A DNA stretch of 64,000 nucleotides from an uncultured virus (IMG/VR IMGVR_UViG_3300028048_001604). Taxonomy: Duplodnaviria > Heunggongvirae > Uroviricota > Caudoviricetes. Shown piece by piece: positions 1 through 10,386 of this stretch. The position numbers and the translations under genes are program-made. The stretch lies in the IMG/VR virus record IMGVR_UViG_3300028048_001604; one strand, 5' to 3'. The notes under the pieces are model-generated. The model worked only from the letters and a program-made list of their open reading frames with translations. It was not told where the DNA came from and ran no database searches. How positions within the stretch are numbered: position 1 is the stretch's first letter; the number at the start of each line of letters is the position of its first letter.

Positions 1-187
1 GTATTTCGTCTAAGTCTTTGTACTCAACATCCTCATCGTTTAAAAGTAACTTCTTGCGTATGTTAGCACAATATTCACACTCAACGTACTTACGCTTGTA
101 TGGGTCTGGATATTTACCTGCATAGCATTGATTCGGGCAACCTTTAAACGATAGTCTACTGCTATCACTAAACTCATAACCCTTCAT
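1..187 (-). CDS. Partial CDS (runs off window start); N-terminal Cys-rich Zn-finger-like protein, possibly DnaC/helicase-loader-like
   Basis: Not in the ORF track. My translation from ATG at 187 (RBS GAAAGGAG upstream) is MKGYEFSDSSRLSFKGCPNQCYAGKYPDPYKRKYVECEYCANIRKKLL..., with CxxxC...CxxC. The product call is inference. Confidence 0.5.
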   Translation of the reverse strand, partial: MKGYEFSDSSRLSFKGCPNQCYAGKYPDPYKRKYVECEYCANIRKKLLLNDEDVEYKDLDEI

Positions 188-356
188 TATTATTTCTCCT
201 TTCAAGGTCTGATAAGAAATTCTGTAAATCTTCAGTTAAATCTTTCGTCTTTACAGTAAAAACTAGATATGGGTCTGCAACAAAGGTTTTATAATTTATT
301 GCCCTTTTGTTGCACTTGAATGTCTTTGTTAGTGTGAATGTACTAGACGGTCTCAT
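174..356 (-). CDS. Small hypothetical protein (60 aa)
   Basis: Fills the gap between the SNF2 gene and the next gene; AGAGGAG lies upstream. Confidence 0.45.
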   Translation of the reverse strand: MRPSSTFTLTKTFKCNKRAINYKTFVADPYLVFTVKTKDLTEDLQNFLSDLERRNNNEGL

Positions 357-360
357 TATA

Positions 361-1968
361 TCAATCTTTCTCCTCTAAAAAATGTTCGTTCTCCGCAAGC
401 AAAATACTCATAATAACAGACAAATCAGTATTCGTCATATCAGATGTAGCCTTTGCACGTTCACGTACTACCTGCTTTAATCGTTTTTCTTCTCTACCCT
501 TGGAGCAGAGTAGATATACGTTTTTATTTACAATATCAAAACTACGAGTTGTTCTACCCTCAAACTGAATCATTCTACTAGGGTTTGCGTCAAAACTGTA
601 GAAGATACAGTAATTACAGTCACCAAAATTCAAACCTTTCTGTACATTTGTAATCAGAATACGAAAAGCACCGTTCTTGAAACCATTTACCACATTTGCA
701 CGTTCAAAAGTAGATGACTCTCCATTTAATACTTCTGCTGAATACCCTTGTTGCGTTAGCCATTCGTACAACAACTTCTGCGTTTCCTTATAATATACAA
801 ACATCAAGATACTGTCTGCGTCTTCACATTCATTTTCAAGCAAAGACCTCAGAGATGCTAACTTTGGTACATTCTCCTCGTTAAATTCAATATCCTCATC
901 TAGATATGTAGGACAATCATATACTAACTGTGGCATTTGAGTTAAAGGTAGCAATCTTTTCTGTGCAACTGATAGCTGGCTATAAATTACCCTACCGTCG
1001 CAGTTTTCCATAACTGCACCTCTATCTTTACGAGTTCTTGCTAGATACCTGTATTTGATTAGCTTTTTGAATTCTTCCTGATTCTTGTATTTGCCTGTTG
1101 GCATATTATAAGAACCCATCCAACGCATTTCACAAAAATGCTCGTTAAATTCAGTCTTTGTTGGTAGGAAACTTGGGTCTAAAAGATTCAACTGATTGTA
1201 AAATATCTCCAACTTTGTATCAAAAGGAGTTGCGTTCAAAAAAATAATACGCTCAAAGTATTTTGCAATAGACTTATACCCCTGAATAATATTATTGGTT
1301 TGCTTACCACCAAGTGGTGCTGATTCATCTACAACTAGCATATCAAATGGAAACTTACCCATAATGTTTCTATACTGCTCTAGCCAAGCAATAAAGCCTG
1401 CTGTGGTAAACAGAGCATGAGTACCCACTACACTTGTATACATAGGCATATCTATTGGGTAATTAGTTGTAAACCCCTTAATATCCTTTACAGTTCCTGT
1501 AGGTATTAACTCAAAGAAATCTCCTGTAAACTTAACTAGCTCTTCACGCAACTGGCTTGCTAGAGTTTTCTCTGTTAGTACTAAAGCACGAACTGGTCTT
1601 TTACCCTGTTTTACTCGCTCTACATTTAACAAATTGTATAAGCCTGCTACCTCAACAGTTTTACCCAAACCTACGGAGTCACCTAAAATACAATTCTTTA
1701 CGGCATACAGATACCCTACACCTATGGTCTGCTCTGGTCGTAAAGTACCGATGTGCTTACAATCATTAGGTATTACATAGGAACTTCGACCTGCTATGAT
1801 GTTTGCAACTGTTGATTTATCATAATCATAAATAACATTACGCAAGTCTGTAATTTCAGAATTTTCAGCCTCGGCAGAAATCAAACTCTCTAAAATATTA
1901 CACGTATTCTCGTCTAGACTACCCTTGTATCTGCCATTATAATAAGTTACTACTTTTCGTTTACTCAA
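361..1968 (-). CDS. SNF2-family (SF2) helicase/ATPase
   Basis: LRPEQ Q-motif, GDSVGLGKT Walker A, VVDESA Walker B, NATP motif III, GLNF motif V, QFEGR motif VI. Confidence 0.9.
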   Translation of the reverse strand: MSKRKVVTYYNGRYKGSLDENTCNILESLISAEAENSEITDLRNVIYDYDKSTVANIIAGRSSYVIPNDCKHIGTLRPEQTIGVGYLYAVKNCILGDSVGLGKTVEVAGLYNLLNVERVKQGKRPVRALVLTEKTLASQLREELVKFTGDFFELIPTGTVKDIKGFTTNYPIDMPMYTSVVGTHALFTTAGFIAWLEQYRNIMGKFPFDMLVVDESAPLGGKQTNNIIQGYKSIAKYFERIIFLNATPFDTKLEIFYNQLNLLDPSFLPTKTEFNEHFCEMRWMGSYNMPTGKYKNQEEFKKLIKYRYLARTRKDRGAVMENCDGRVIYSQLSVAQKRLLPLTQMPQLVYDCPTYLDEDIEFNEENVPKLASLRSLLENECEDADSILMFVYYKETQKLLYEWLTQQGYSAEVLNGESSTFERANVVNGFKNGAFRILITNVQKGLNFGDCNYCIFYSFDANPSRMIQFEGRTTRSFDIVNKNVYLLCSKGREEKRLKQVVRERAKATSDMTNTDLSVIMSILLAENEHFLEEKD

Positions 1969-2236
1969 AATACCTCTCCTCTACATTCACATAGTCAACA
2001 TCCCAATTATAATAATCAAGACGAACACCTAAATCTTTACCGTCAAGGCAGTCTCCAAACAGACTGTTACAAAGTTTTGAACTGTCAAAATACTTATTGT
2101 CCGCAGATACCTTATATGTGCGTTCTTTCTCTGTGTAGTTTTCAGACCAATTACTAGCCTTGTAGACTACATACCCAACTATATCCTTTGACTTTTGGCA
2201 CATGGCTTTGAATTCGTTCCAAGAAATACGTTTCAT
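1961..2236 (-). CDS. Hypothetical protein (start refined to ATG 2236)
   Basis: GGAGG RBS 5' of ATG at 2236; has its own promoter; overlaps the SNF2 start. Confidence 0.7.
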   Translation of the reverse strand: MKRISWNEFKAMCQKSKDIVGYVVYKASNWSENYTEKERTYKVSADNKYFDSSKLCNSLFGDCLDGKDLGVRLDYYNWDVDYVNVEERYFE

Positions 2237-2294
2237 ATAGTACCTCCACAAAATTTACAACTAAAGAGTAAAAATACCCCTTTTAACATAACTT

Positions 2295-2323
2295 ATTATA
2301 ACACAAAACTCCAAAAAAGTAAA
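2295..2323 (-). promoter_or_regulatory. Sigma-A promoter TTTACT-17-TATAAT with extended -10 TG
   Basis: The minus strand reads tttact tttttggagttttgtgt tataat. Confidence 0.65.
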
Positions 2324-2356
2324 TAGGAGATGGTTTTAAATATAAACCATCTCCTA
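2324..2356 (-). terminator. Intrinsic terminator after spoVG-like gene
   Basis: 13-bp stem taggagatggttt/aaaccatctccta followed by a U-rich tract on the minus strand. Confidence 0.8.
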
Positions 2357-2362
2357 AATTAA

Positions 2363-2635
2363 TTATCTATATGATGCTTTTCTGTACGCCTCTAGTACCT
2401 TTTCTGTTATCTCCTCCCTAGACTTATTATCTTTTGGATGGACTATATCGAGGTATTTGCGGTCTCTACCCTTGCCTTCGCAACCTTTATTTGGAAAAGC
2501 GATGAAGATACCCTGATTGCCATTTAGGATTTTTATACCTCGGATTACAATAGCATCATCTACTACTACCGTGGCATACCCTAGCAGGGATGTACTTGGT
2601 TTTACCAAGTTAATTTTAATCTCTGTTATCTTCAT
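2363..2635 (-). CDS. spoVG: SpoVG-family nucleic-acid-binding protein
   Basis: MKITEIKI...GYATVVVDDAIVIRGIKILNGNQGIFIAFP...YLDIVHP...REEITEKVLEAY matches the SpoVG pattern; start refined to ATG 2635 (AAAGGAG RBS). Confidence 0.85.
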   Translation of the reverse strand: MKITEIKINLVKPSTSLLGYATVVVDDAIVIRGIKILNGNQGIFIAFPNKGCEGKGRDRKYLDIVHPKDNKSREEITEKVLEAYRKASYR

Positions 2636-2639
2636 ATGC

Positions 2640-4781
2640 TTACTCCTTTGTACCAATGGCTGACTGTAAGTCGCTCAAAGTTTTATTTAGCTTATCATCT
2701 TTTGTATCTACTGCTTTAAGCAGGTTATTGACCTTTTCTCTAGCTGCATCGGATTCAAGTGTATCTGAATAACGAGAATTTGTAGTATTGAGAATATATG
2801 CTACACATTCCTTATAGGTATCCATATACCCTGTATCTTCTAGAGCCTGCTTGAATGAATCCCAAGAGTCATACCCTTTAATGTAGGTGTTGTATATGCC
2901 CGTCAAATCATCATCAGTAAGAGTAGATGCCTCGAAAAGTACCAAACCTGTATTTGTTGATACATCTCTACCATGAGGGGTATATTCTGTATGCTCAATT
3001 ACATAAGCTCTATCAGAATCAGAATTTGATTTACTAGAGTTGTTTTCTTTAGATTTAACTACTACCTGAGAGTTGTAAGATGCAATCTTCGTAGGTTCTA
3101 TTACATACATCGCACCTACCGTTGTAAGTGTGGTACTATCTAGTTTCACACTACCCAAAACATTATATGATGTTACAAGCCATGAGCCTGACTTCTTAAT
3201 CAGCTGATACTGTACGTTTGCCTCTACAATACTCTTATCTGAATTCTGGAATAATTCTCTAGTTTTCAACTGAGCATAATTTGAAGTACCCTGTTGATAG
3301 TTGGTAAAGAAAATTACTTTCTTTGCACCTTTCAGTGTACTCATATTAGACTTTAAAGTTTCCTGTTCAGATACTGCAATAGAGGTATCAACTACTTCAC
3401 TAAAAGCAGTACCCGAATAATCACCCTGTAACTGAACCATACCAAAATTTCCTAATGTCTTTTCGATACCCTTTTTATTTTCGTCTGTTAAATCAATCTT
3501 ATTTGAAAAACCTGAAATATCGGCACTACGCTCGTTGATTGCTGGCTCTCCTGTAAGTGTTCTATTAATTAGAGTCATATTATTGACCTTAAGATTGTCT
3601 TGGTCTAGAATAATATTACAAAGATATTTATCTTTATAAATAGGGTAAGTCATGTCTGTACCCTTACCGCGCTTTTTGGTTGATACCTCAACACCGCATT
3701 TAATATTTGTACCGTCAATACTAAATATAGTGACTGTATAGCCTTCATGCTTTTGGTATGTAGTCTCGAACATATCCGCCATAGCCTTATCTAGGTTTGC
3801 ATAATTAGTTGTGAGTTTATACAAGCCTGAATGGTTACTTTCATCGATAGCTGTAAAATAGCTATGCATGAGCTGATATACCCTATCTGTGACCGTCTGA
3901 TACCCTTCTTTTTTAAAGGTTTTTAATTTTGCTGTAGGGTCTGAATTCAACTTATAATTTAAGATATACAAGTGTTTACATTTAGCACCCATATCAATAC
4001 CCAAATTGTAGTGGGGTACTAAAATGTACCTAATAGTCATGGTAGCTCCGCCTTGTTCACTTTCATTATCTACCATACCATTATAAGTTATCTGGTTAGC
4101 GGTATCATATACAGTCTTTAACCTAGATGTACCACCTTGAGATGCAATAATATCAGCTGGCTGACCATAATTATCTACAAACTGCTGTTGTAATGTACCT
4201 AGGTCTACACTATCGTCGCCTTTTAATTGAGCGTCTAGTATCTGGATATAACGCTGATACCTAACTTTTAACTTTGTATCATAGTTTGGCTCACCTAAAA
4301 CAATTCTACTATCGCCAACTACTGTCTTTGGATAATTGATTGTTTTGTATGTAACATCTACAACTACTGCCTTGGAGTCACTATCAATACCCTGGATTCG
4401 AGTTTCACTTCTCTGCCAATAGTAAGGTGTTTTCTCAAATTCAGTAAGTACATATTCAGCCATTTCCTTTGAAAGTACAGAAGTATCGTCAGACTGACCT
4501 GTAAGCAGATTATCAATATTATCCATATATGACTTGATTGTTACCAAGTCTTCTTTTTTACACGGCTCCAATGTAGATACATCTAGCAACTGTCTACTTG
4601 AAACCTGAGCATATACCCTTGACTGTTCGTCAGAATACGATAAATTATAGTTTGTAGAGATGCTTGAATCTGTGTTTGCTGCCTGCATTGAATTTAATTC
4701 GCTTACCGTATCGCCACAACCTGACGTAAATAATGCAACTGCTGCACAAAGCAGCGCGACTACTGTTTTTCTATTTCGCAT
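2640..4781 (-). CDS. Large lipoprotein, possibly with NTF2/VirB8(TcpC)-like domains
   Basis: Basic N-terminus, hydrophobic stretch and lipobox FTSG|C. NTF2-like segments (e.g. YQLIKKSGSWLVTSY) are inference. Confidence 0.7.
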   Translation of the reverse strand: MRNRKTVVALLCAAVALFTSGCGDTVSELNSMQAANTDSSISTNYNLSYSDEQSRVYAQVSSRQLLDVSTLEPCKKEDLVTIKSYMDNIDNLLTGQSDDTSVLSKEMAEYVLTEFEKTPYYWQRSETRIQGIDSDSKAVVVDVTYKTINYPKTVVGDSRIVLGEPNYDTKLKVRYQRYIQILDAQLKGDDSVDLGTLQQQFVDNYGQPADIIASQGGTSRLKTVYDTANQITYNGMVDNESEQGGATMTIRYILVPHYNLGIDMGAKCKHLYILNYKLNSDPTAKLKTFKKEGYQTVTDRVYQLMHSYFTAIDESNHSGLYKLTTNYANLDKAMADMFETTYQKHEGYTVTIFSIDGTNIKCGVEVSTKKRGKGTDMTYPIYKDKYLCNIILDQDNLKVNNMTLINRTLTGEPAINERSADISGFSNKIDLTDENKKGIEKTLGNFGMVQLQGDYSGTAFSEVVDTSIAVSEQETLKSNMSTLKGAKKVIFFTNYQQGTSNYAQLKTRELFQNSDKSIVEANVQYQLIKKSGSWLVTSYNVLGSVKLDSTTLTTVGAMYVIEPTKIASYNSQVVVKSKENNSSKSNSDSDRAYVIEHTEYTPHGRDVSTNTGLVLFEASTLTDDDLTGIYNTYIKGYDSWDSFKQALEDTGYMDTYKECVAYILNTTNSRYSDTLESDAAREKVNNLLKAVDTKDDKLNKTLSDLQSAIGTKE

Positions 4782-4791
4782 ATCAACCCTC

Positions 4792-6201
4792 CTAAATAGG
4801 TTTCAGTTTACTACCCTTCTTTATGATTCTGCCACGACTTAACTCTCTAGTAATTTCACGTTTACTAAAATATTTAAGTACCTCGTTATAATCACATCTT
4901 GGATTATTTCTTAAGAACTGACGTAAATCTTTTATATCTGATTCATCAATACCCATTGGCTGGGCTGAGGTTTGACTAGAATTTGCAGTACCCTTTGAAT
5001 TGTTGTTGGTACTTGAATTTTCAACATTTGCATTGAATTTTTCTAAGTCTACCTCGTCATCTGAATCTAGTATATTATCAATTAGAGTACTACTATTATC
5101 TAGCTTATTTCCGTCTCTAGGAGAATTTGAGGTGTGGTGTTTGCTTTGTTGACTTATGCTGTTTTCAGTAGGTTTGGCTACTGTATCGTCTAACTCAATT
5201 TCGTCAATATTTTCTGTGTCCTCTAAATCTTCGTCCTCGGAGTCATCATCTTCTAAATCTTCGTCCTCGGAATCAACATCTTCGTTATCACCTATACCGT
5301 CTTCATCTTCTAAATCTTCATCTTCATCTATACTATCTTCATCTTCTAGGTCTTCATCTTCGTCTTCAAATTCGTCAGTATCATCTGATTCATCAATACC
5401 CTCGAAATCATCTTCGTCTGCCGATTCATCTGTATCGTCTTCTAAATCTTCATCTTCAATGTCGTCTTCATCGTCTACATCTTCTTCATCAGATGCCTCT
5501 TCAAAATCGGAATCTTCTGCGTTATCCTCGGTCTCGGAAGTAGCAGTACCATTGGTTTCAGAGCTATCAGTACCGTTTGAATCAGATTCCTCAATAGGCT
5601 GTACTTCTGCATTAGATTCGTCTATACTAGACTCATCTGCAATATCTTCTGCTTGTATATTTGGTACCTCTAATTCTGTATCAACAGATGTCTTACCCAA
5701 ATGCTCTATCTGGTTTTCGGACGTAACCAAATACTCGTTAGGCTTTATACTACCCTGAACCTTTGTTACTGTACCTAGACCTTTATCAAAATCAGCCTCA
5801 TCATCTAGACCATACTTTTCATATAGGGCTTCAAGGTCTGCTTGCTCTAGATTGTTGTTGTAACTAAAAATACCCTTGAGGCTGGGGTTTACAGTTATGT
5901 CTGCTATACGTTTACTAATACCATCAGATTCATCGTCTGTATCAAGTAAGTATTCATTTACCCGTAGTTGCAGTTCGTTGTTATATTGAACTTGATAGTC
6001 TTCAGAAACTAATCGGCTCAACTCTTTTCTACGTTCTTCTAGTGATGGTAATGGTTTTATGGCTCTTTGTGCCTTAAATACATCCTCACGTAATACATCT
6101 AGAGGTCTTTCTGGTGTTAAAAGACTATCTCGAAGTATGTCTAATTCAAACTTGTACTCTTCTATGTTAGAGTAAGCAGTTTTAACACTAACTACATTCA
6201 T
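4792..6201 (-). CDS. Hypothetical protein with long Asp/Glu-rich tract and short basic C-terminal (wHTH-like) domain
   Basis: DEDLED repeats; C-terminus DLRQFLRNNPRCDYNEVLKYFSKREITRELSRGRIIKKG. Confidence 0.75.
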   Translation of the reverse strand: MNVVSVKTAYSNIEEYKFELDILRDSLLTPERPLDVLREDVFKAQRAIKPLPSLEERRKELSRLVSEDYQVQYNNELQLRVNEYLLDTDDESDGISKRIADITVNPSLKGIFSYNNNLEQADLEALYEKYGLDDEADFDKGLGTVTKVQGSIKPNEYLVTSENQIEHLGKTSVDTELEVPNIQAEDIADESSIDESNAEVQPIEESDSNGTDSSETNGTATSETEDNAEDSDFEEASDEEDVDDEDDIEDEDLEDDTDESADEDDFEGIDESDDTDEFEDEDEDLEDEDSIDEDEDLEDEDGIGDNEDVDSEDEDLEDDDSEDEDLEDTENIDEIELDDTVAKPTENSISQQSKHHTSNSPRDGNKLDNSSTLIDNILDSDDEVDLEKFNANVENSSTNNNSKGTANSSQTSAQPMGIDESDIKDLRQFLRNNPRCDYNEVLKYFSKREITRELSRGRIIKKGSKLKPI

Positions 6202-6216
6202 AAACTACACTCCTGC

Positions 6217-8520
6217 CTATTGTAAGATAGAACTCTTAAAATCAAACTCTATATCATCATCGTCTCCCAATGGATTATAACTGTCTGTAGAGTTTGAATC
6301 ATTAATACCCGTAGGGTTTATTTGAATATGATTTTCATTTGTAGATGTAACTTCTTGTTTAGGCTCAATACCCTCTAGTTTATCCCACAACTTCGTTAGA
6401 TAATCAAAGAAGTTATTATTTTCTACATTACTATCTGTGATAGCTGCACCGTGACTAAAGAATGTGTGAGCCTGAACAGTAGGCATCCTGACTGCCATAT
6501 CACCTACATTAGATAATCTAATATTAAACTCCCTAGGTTTAGTACCAGTTGTACTTTCGATATGGTCTGGACTACCCATAACGGAAATTCTACATTGAAT
6601 CAAATCTGTTGTAGTTTTTGCAATAATATCATTCTTAATAACGTGTGGAATCATAAAGATACGAATACCCAAGGCTGGCAACTGTGATACAAGAACTGTA
6701 AGCATACCTTGGAATCTTGCCTTTGTGTCTTTATCCATACGTTCAGCAAGTGTTACAACTTCATCAATAACTACATAGATTAAAGGTAACTCAACATTAG
6801 GATTAGCCTCTTTATAGTCCCAAATATTAACATTACCATTGTCACCTATCAAACGCTTACGTCTAGGTGCCTCTTTACTAACAATCCAATCGAGTACCCT
6901 GAGGATATCTTCATCTGACTTTGCAAAGTGCTTTACATGAGGGATACTACTAAACTGCTTAAAGTCTGAAATGTCTCCCTTCGGGTCACAAATATAAAAG
7001 TTTAATTCAGATGGGCTTAAGAAACCACACATCTGAGTAAGAGTAGCCTGTACGAACCAAGATTTACCACTTCGTGGCATACCTGTGATTAGAACTGATT
7101 CTACTTTCTTGAAATCTGCAACAATAACTTTTCCGTATTCATTTACCCCAATTACTATTGGCATATAATGATTAGTATCAAGGAAGAATTTTCTAGTATT
7201 TTCTTCTTCCATCATGTCTCTTAAACCAATAAGTGCGGTCTTACCGTTTTTAATAGTGATTCTGCAACGCATACCAATGTTTACTACATTAGCAGAAACT
7301 TTTTCACGCTCAATACCCTCGCTATCAGAGTACATATTACATAACTCGTCTGCTACTGTATCTGGCTTAAAACCTTTAGGTCTATCACATTCAAGAATAA
7401 CTGAAAATAGACTTACCTTTAAATTTGATAGTGTTGGTAGGTAATCTTCGGAACAACCACCTACTTCTGCTGCCTCTTGCAGGAATTCTTCCCAAGCAAG
7501 GAATTCATCATCGTCTGAATCATACTCTTTAATCTTATCAAAAGATGGCTTTAACTTCGGCAGTCTACGAATAAATGCGTCATACAAGTACTGACGTGTG
7601 TACATACCCTTTGGAATATCCTGCAAATTACTTAAAGCTGTTTCTGTATCCTCTCCCTTTACAGGTTCAATATCGAATTCTGACATGAAATCATCTTCAT
7701 CTTCATCTTCATCATCTTCAAGGGTATCCTCGTCTTCATCATCGTCGCCCCCACCAAAACTCTCTTCCTCATCTGCAAATGATGGGGTCTGGCTAAAAGA
7801 ATTTGAATCAAACGTATTTTGTTCTGGCTGGGTGGGTTCTGGTTCAGTTTCTTTATATTCGCTGTCACAATTTTTGGCATCCTCAACATTGAACATCCAA
7901 ATAACTACCCCGATTGCGGATGCGACCAAGCCACCAATCATACATGATACACCAAAACTACTATGTGCCACTAACAAAAGAATAAGTCCAAGTGCAAAAG
8001 CAACTAGACCAACTATGGCTGACTTATAGCCATACCCCATATAGTATAACGGAGTAGCCTCACTAAAAGATGAAATTACGTCTTTTGCAAAAGTTGTAGT
8101 ACCTTTAGCACCTACCTTCATTGCATTATAAAAACGCTCCTCGTCAGACATACCCTGATTCTGAGGTTGTCCAAAGTTTGGCTGCATAGGTGAACCTGCA
8201 AATGGGTTTGGATTACCCTGTCCACTTGGGAAACCTTGTCCGCCAAATTGATTACCCTGACCACCAAACGGGTTGTCTTGTCCGCCAATAGGATTAGCCT
8301 GACCACCAAACGGGTTGTCTTGTCCGCCAATAGGATTAGCCTGACCGCCAAAAGGATTATTGGCAGGACTACTTGTATTATTAAAGAACGTATCTCCTGA
8401 ATTAAAACTAGGCTCCTGACCTGGTTGAAAACTTGCAGGCTGTGTTCTATTCATTCTGTTGTATCGTGCCTCGTCTGCATCGAAGCCTTCTTTAAGTATA
8501 CTCATAAAATATACCCTCAC
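6217..8520 (-). CDS. FtsK/SpoIIIE-family membrane ATPase (TcpA-like coupling-protein candidate)
   Basis: Two TM helices; VLITGMPRSGKS Walker A, ICDPK, YVVIDE Walker B, GDM motif; N-terminal GGQxNP(F/I) repeats. Confidence 0.85.
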   Translation of the reverse strand: MRVYFMSILKEGFDADEARYNRMNRTQPASFQPGQEPSFNSGDTFFNNTSSPANNPFGGQANPIGGQDNPFGGQANPIGGQDNPFGGQGNQFGGQGFPSGQGNPNPFAGSPMQPNFGQPQNQGMSDEERFYNAMKVGAKGTTTFAKDVISSFSEATPLYYMGYGYKSAIVGLVAFALGLILLLVAHSSFGVSCMIGGLVASAIGVVIWMFNVEDAKNCDSEYKETEPEPTQPEQNTFDSNSFSQTPSFADEEESFGGGDDDEDEDTLEDDEDEDEDDFMSEFDIEPVKGEDTETALSNLQDIPKGMYTRQYLYDAFIRRLPKLKPSFDKIKEYDSDDDEFLAWEEFLQEAAEVGGCSEDYLPTLSNLKVSLFSVILECDRPKGFKPDTVADELCNMYSDSEGIEREKVSANVVNIGMRCRITIKNGKTALIGLRDMMEEENTRKFFLDTNHYMPIVIGVNEYGKVIVADFKKVESVLITGMPRSGKSWFVQATLTQMCGFLSPSELNFYICDPKGDISDFKQFSSIPHVKHFAKSDEDILRVLDWIVSKEAPRRKRLIGDNGNVNIWDYKEANPNVELPLIYVVIDEVVTLAERMDKDTKARFQGMLTVLVSQLPALGIRIFMIPHVIKNDIIAKTTTDLIQCRISVMGSPDHIESTTGTKPREFNIRLSNVGDMAVRMPTVQAHTFFSHGAAITDSNVENNNFFDYLTKLWDKLEGIEPKQEVTSTNENHIQINPTGINDSNSTDSYNPLGDDDDIEFDFKSSILQ
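8256..8351. repeat. 42-bp in-frame tandem repeat (2 copies plus partial) encoding ANPIGGQDNPFGGQ
   Basis: cctgaccaccaaacgggttgtcttgtccgccaataggattag starts at 8256 and at 8298. Confidence 0.9.
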
Positions 8521-8825
8521 TATTCTTCATCGTCTTGGTCATCTACTTGGTTGTCATATTCACCTGCTAGTTCGTCTTGAACGACTTGCTCCGAATACCC
8601 TTTGTTATCGTTTGAATCTGGTGTATATACCTTGAAATCTGTTTTGGTTTCATCTTTTACTTCGGTATCGTTTTTAATACCCTTGGTTGTTTTTGTGCTT
8701 GTCTTTGGTATTGAGTGTTCCACTTTATTATGTATTACAACCTTGTTAGCAACTATAAGACTAAACAATAAAATAACACCTATAAGAACGAAAACCAACT
8801 GCCTTCTTGTAACCCCTTTTTTCAT
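8520..8825 (-). CDS. Small single-TM membrane protein
   Basis: N-terminal hydrophobic helix; translationally coupled to its neighbours. Confidence 0.7.
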   Translation of the reverse strand: MKKGVTRRQLVFVLIGVILLFSLIVANKVVIHNKVEHSIPKTSTKTTKGIKNDTEVKDETKTDFKVYTPDSNDNKGYSEQVVQDELAGEYDNQVDDQDDEE

Positions 8826-9409
8826 TACTGTACTACCTCCGCACTAACAATCTTATTATTCTCTACCGTATAAGAATAAGTCTTTGTAGCAGTACCCTCT
8901 AGGTTACTAAATGTAACTGTATGATTTGTTAAATCTGCTGTAGTATTTTCTTCTATAACTGTAGTATCTTCACGACCTGCATACCAAGAACTTAAATCTG
9001 CATCGTCACCAATCAAATCTACTACCGATTTATCTACTGCATCGTCTACATCTGGGTCTGACTCTTTTACCGCCATGCTGGTGAAGATACCCTTGACAAA
9101 TGTTTCATCATTAAATCTTGAATCGTCTTTTAATTCTAGCGTACCGTCATTATTCTGTTCTGACTGACCATTACCAGTATCAGAATTCTTCGATTCAGTA
9201 CCATTATCCTCCTGATTTACTCCGTCTCGTAAATAGAAACCACTATCTGAGTTAACCGCTGAAGAATTTTGCTCCATACGTGCTTTTGCTTTTTTCTTTT
9301 CTGGGCTTGTTCTAGGCATTTTTACCCATATAGTTGCTACGATAAAACCTAATACTAGAACTGCTAATACAATAATTATTTTCTTACGTTTCATTGTGCC
9401 CACCTCCAA
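8825..9409 (-). CDS. Single-TM membrane-anchored protein
   Basis: KRKK followed by a hydrophobic helix; probable start at MKRKK. Confidence 0.7.
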   Translation of the reverse strand: MEVGTMKRKKIIIVLAVLVLGFIVATIWVKMPRTSPEKKKAKARMEQNSSAVNSDSGFYLRDGVNQEDNGTESKNSDTGNGQSEQNNDGTLELKDDSRFNDETFVKGIFTSMAVKESDPDVDDAVDKSVVDLIGDDADLSSWYAGREDTTVIEENTTADLTNHTVTFSNLEGTATKTYSYTVENNKIVSAEVVQ

Positions 9410-10386
9410 ATAGATTTGATTTCCTTCTTACCGTAATATACTTTACCATTACTATCTTTTAATTCTGCACGCCATTCTCTAGCTTTATATTTATCATATT
9501 TCCCATCTGGCTTATCTGTACCAAAGGTCTGGCTGTTAGAACGATTAGTACCCCAACCAAAGTTTTTGCCATCGCCCATCGCTATTTCTACATGACTCGA
9601 CATAACCATAATATCGCCTAGTTTTAAATCATTTTTACTAGATGCTTTAACCTCTGTAAAGCCTGCCGCCTTTAGCGTATCTGCACAACTGTGTGATGAA
9701 AATAATGGAATACCCATGTTTCCGCTTAAATATCTTGCAACGCAAGTAGCAAAACCTGAACAATCTGGTCTTACCTTTTGACTACTGCCTGCCCAAGGTT
9801 TATCACAAGGTTGCATTTTGCTATTGTCTGCTGCATACCCATGTATATTATCGAGATACCAATCTATAATCTCATATACTTTTGATTGTGCGTCTGAAGA
9901 AGATGCTGTAGGTGTGGCTGATTGTGTAGTATTTGTAATAGCATTTGCTGTGCCCGTATCACTTTGTTGACCTTCTCGTACTACATATAGTGCAGATGAT
10001 ATACCTCCAGCGAGAACTGCACATAGCACAATACACATTACCAAGGAAACAAAGCCAACTCCTAACATAGCTGTACCTATTGTGCGTAACCACATGGCTG
10101 TCAGATGTAAAACATGAGATGTCATACGCATTAAGGTTGCCTTTACCTTGTTCTTTAACTTACCCATTTTTGTGGTAGGCTCTTCTTTAGATTTTTTCTT
10201 CTTATCTACTTTATTTAGAACAGGAATTCTAGCCTTTATCTTTTCAAGTGGGTTTTTCTTGAATATCTTACCCATTAAAGACTTTTTATTGTCGAGTTTT
10301 TTGGCTCTGAACTTACCTGCTAATGCAACTGTACTCATTGGTATCGATATTAAAATCATAAAAATACCAACTAACGCACCTATCAT
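9391..10386 (-). CDS. Membrane-anchored NlpC/P60-superfamily peptidoglycan hydrolase (VirB1-like role)
   Basis: PDCSGF catalytic Cys, LGDIMV..SHVEI His, N-terminal TM segments; start refined to ATG 10386, which overlaps the upstream TGA. Confidence 0.8.
   Translation of the reverse strand: MIGALVGIFMILISIPMSTVALAGKFRAKKLDNKKSLMGKIFKKNPLEKIKARIPVLNKVDKKKKSKEEPTTKMGKLKNKVKATLMRMTSHVLHLTAMWLRTIGTAMLGVGFVSLVMCIVLCAVLAGGISSALYVVREGQQSDTGTANAITNTTQSATPTASSSDAQSKVYEIIDWYLDNIHGYAADNSKMQPCDKPWAGSSQKVRPDCSGFATCVARYLSGNMGIPLFSSHSCADTLKAAGFTEVKASSKNDLKLGDIMVMSSHVEIAMGDGKNFGWGTNRSNSQTFGTDKPDGKYDKYKAREWRAELKDSNGKVYYGKKEIKSIWRWAQ

Noticed and set aside
5156..5758. 200-aa Ser-rich plus-strand ORF (also 7598-8029, 32375-32812, 36032-36517)
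   Set aside because: Antisense shadows of GAT/GAA-rich acidic repeats; no RBS.
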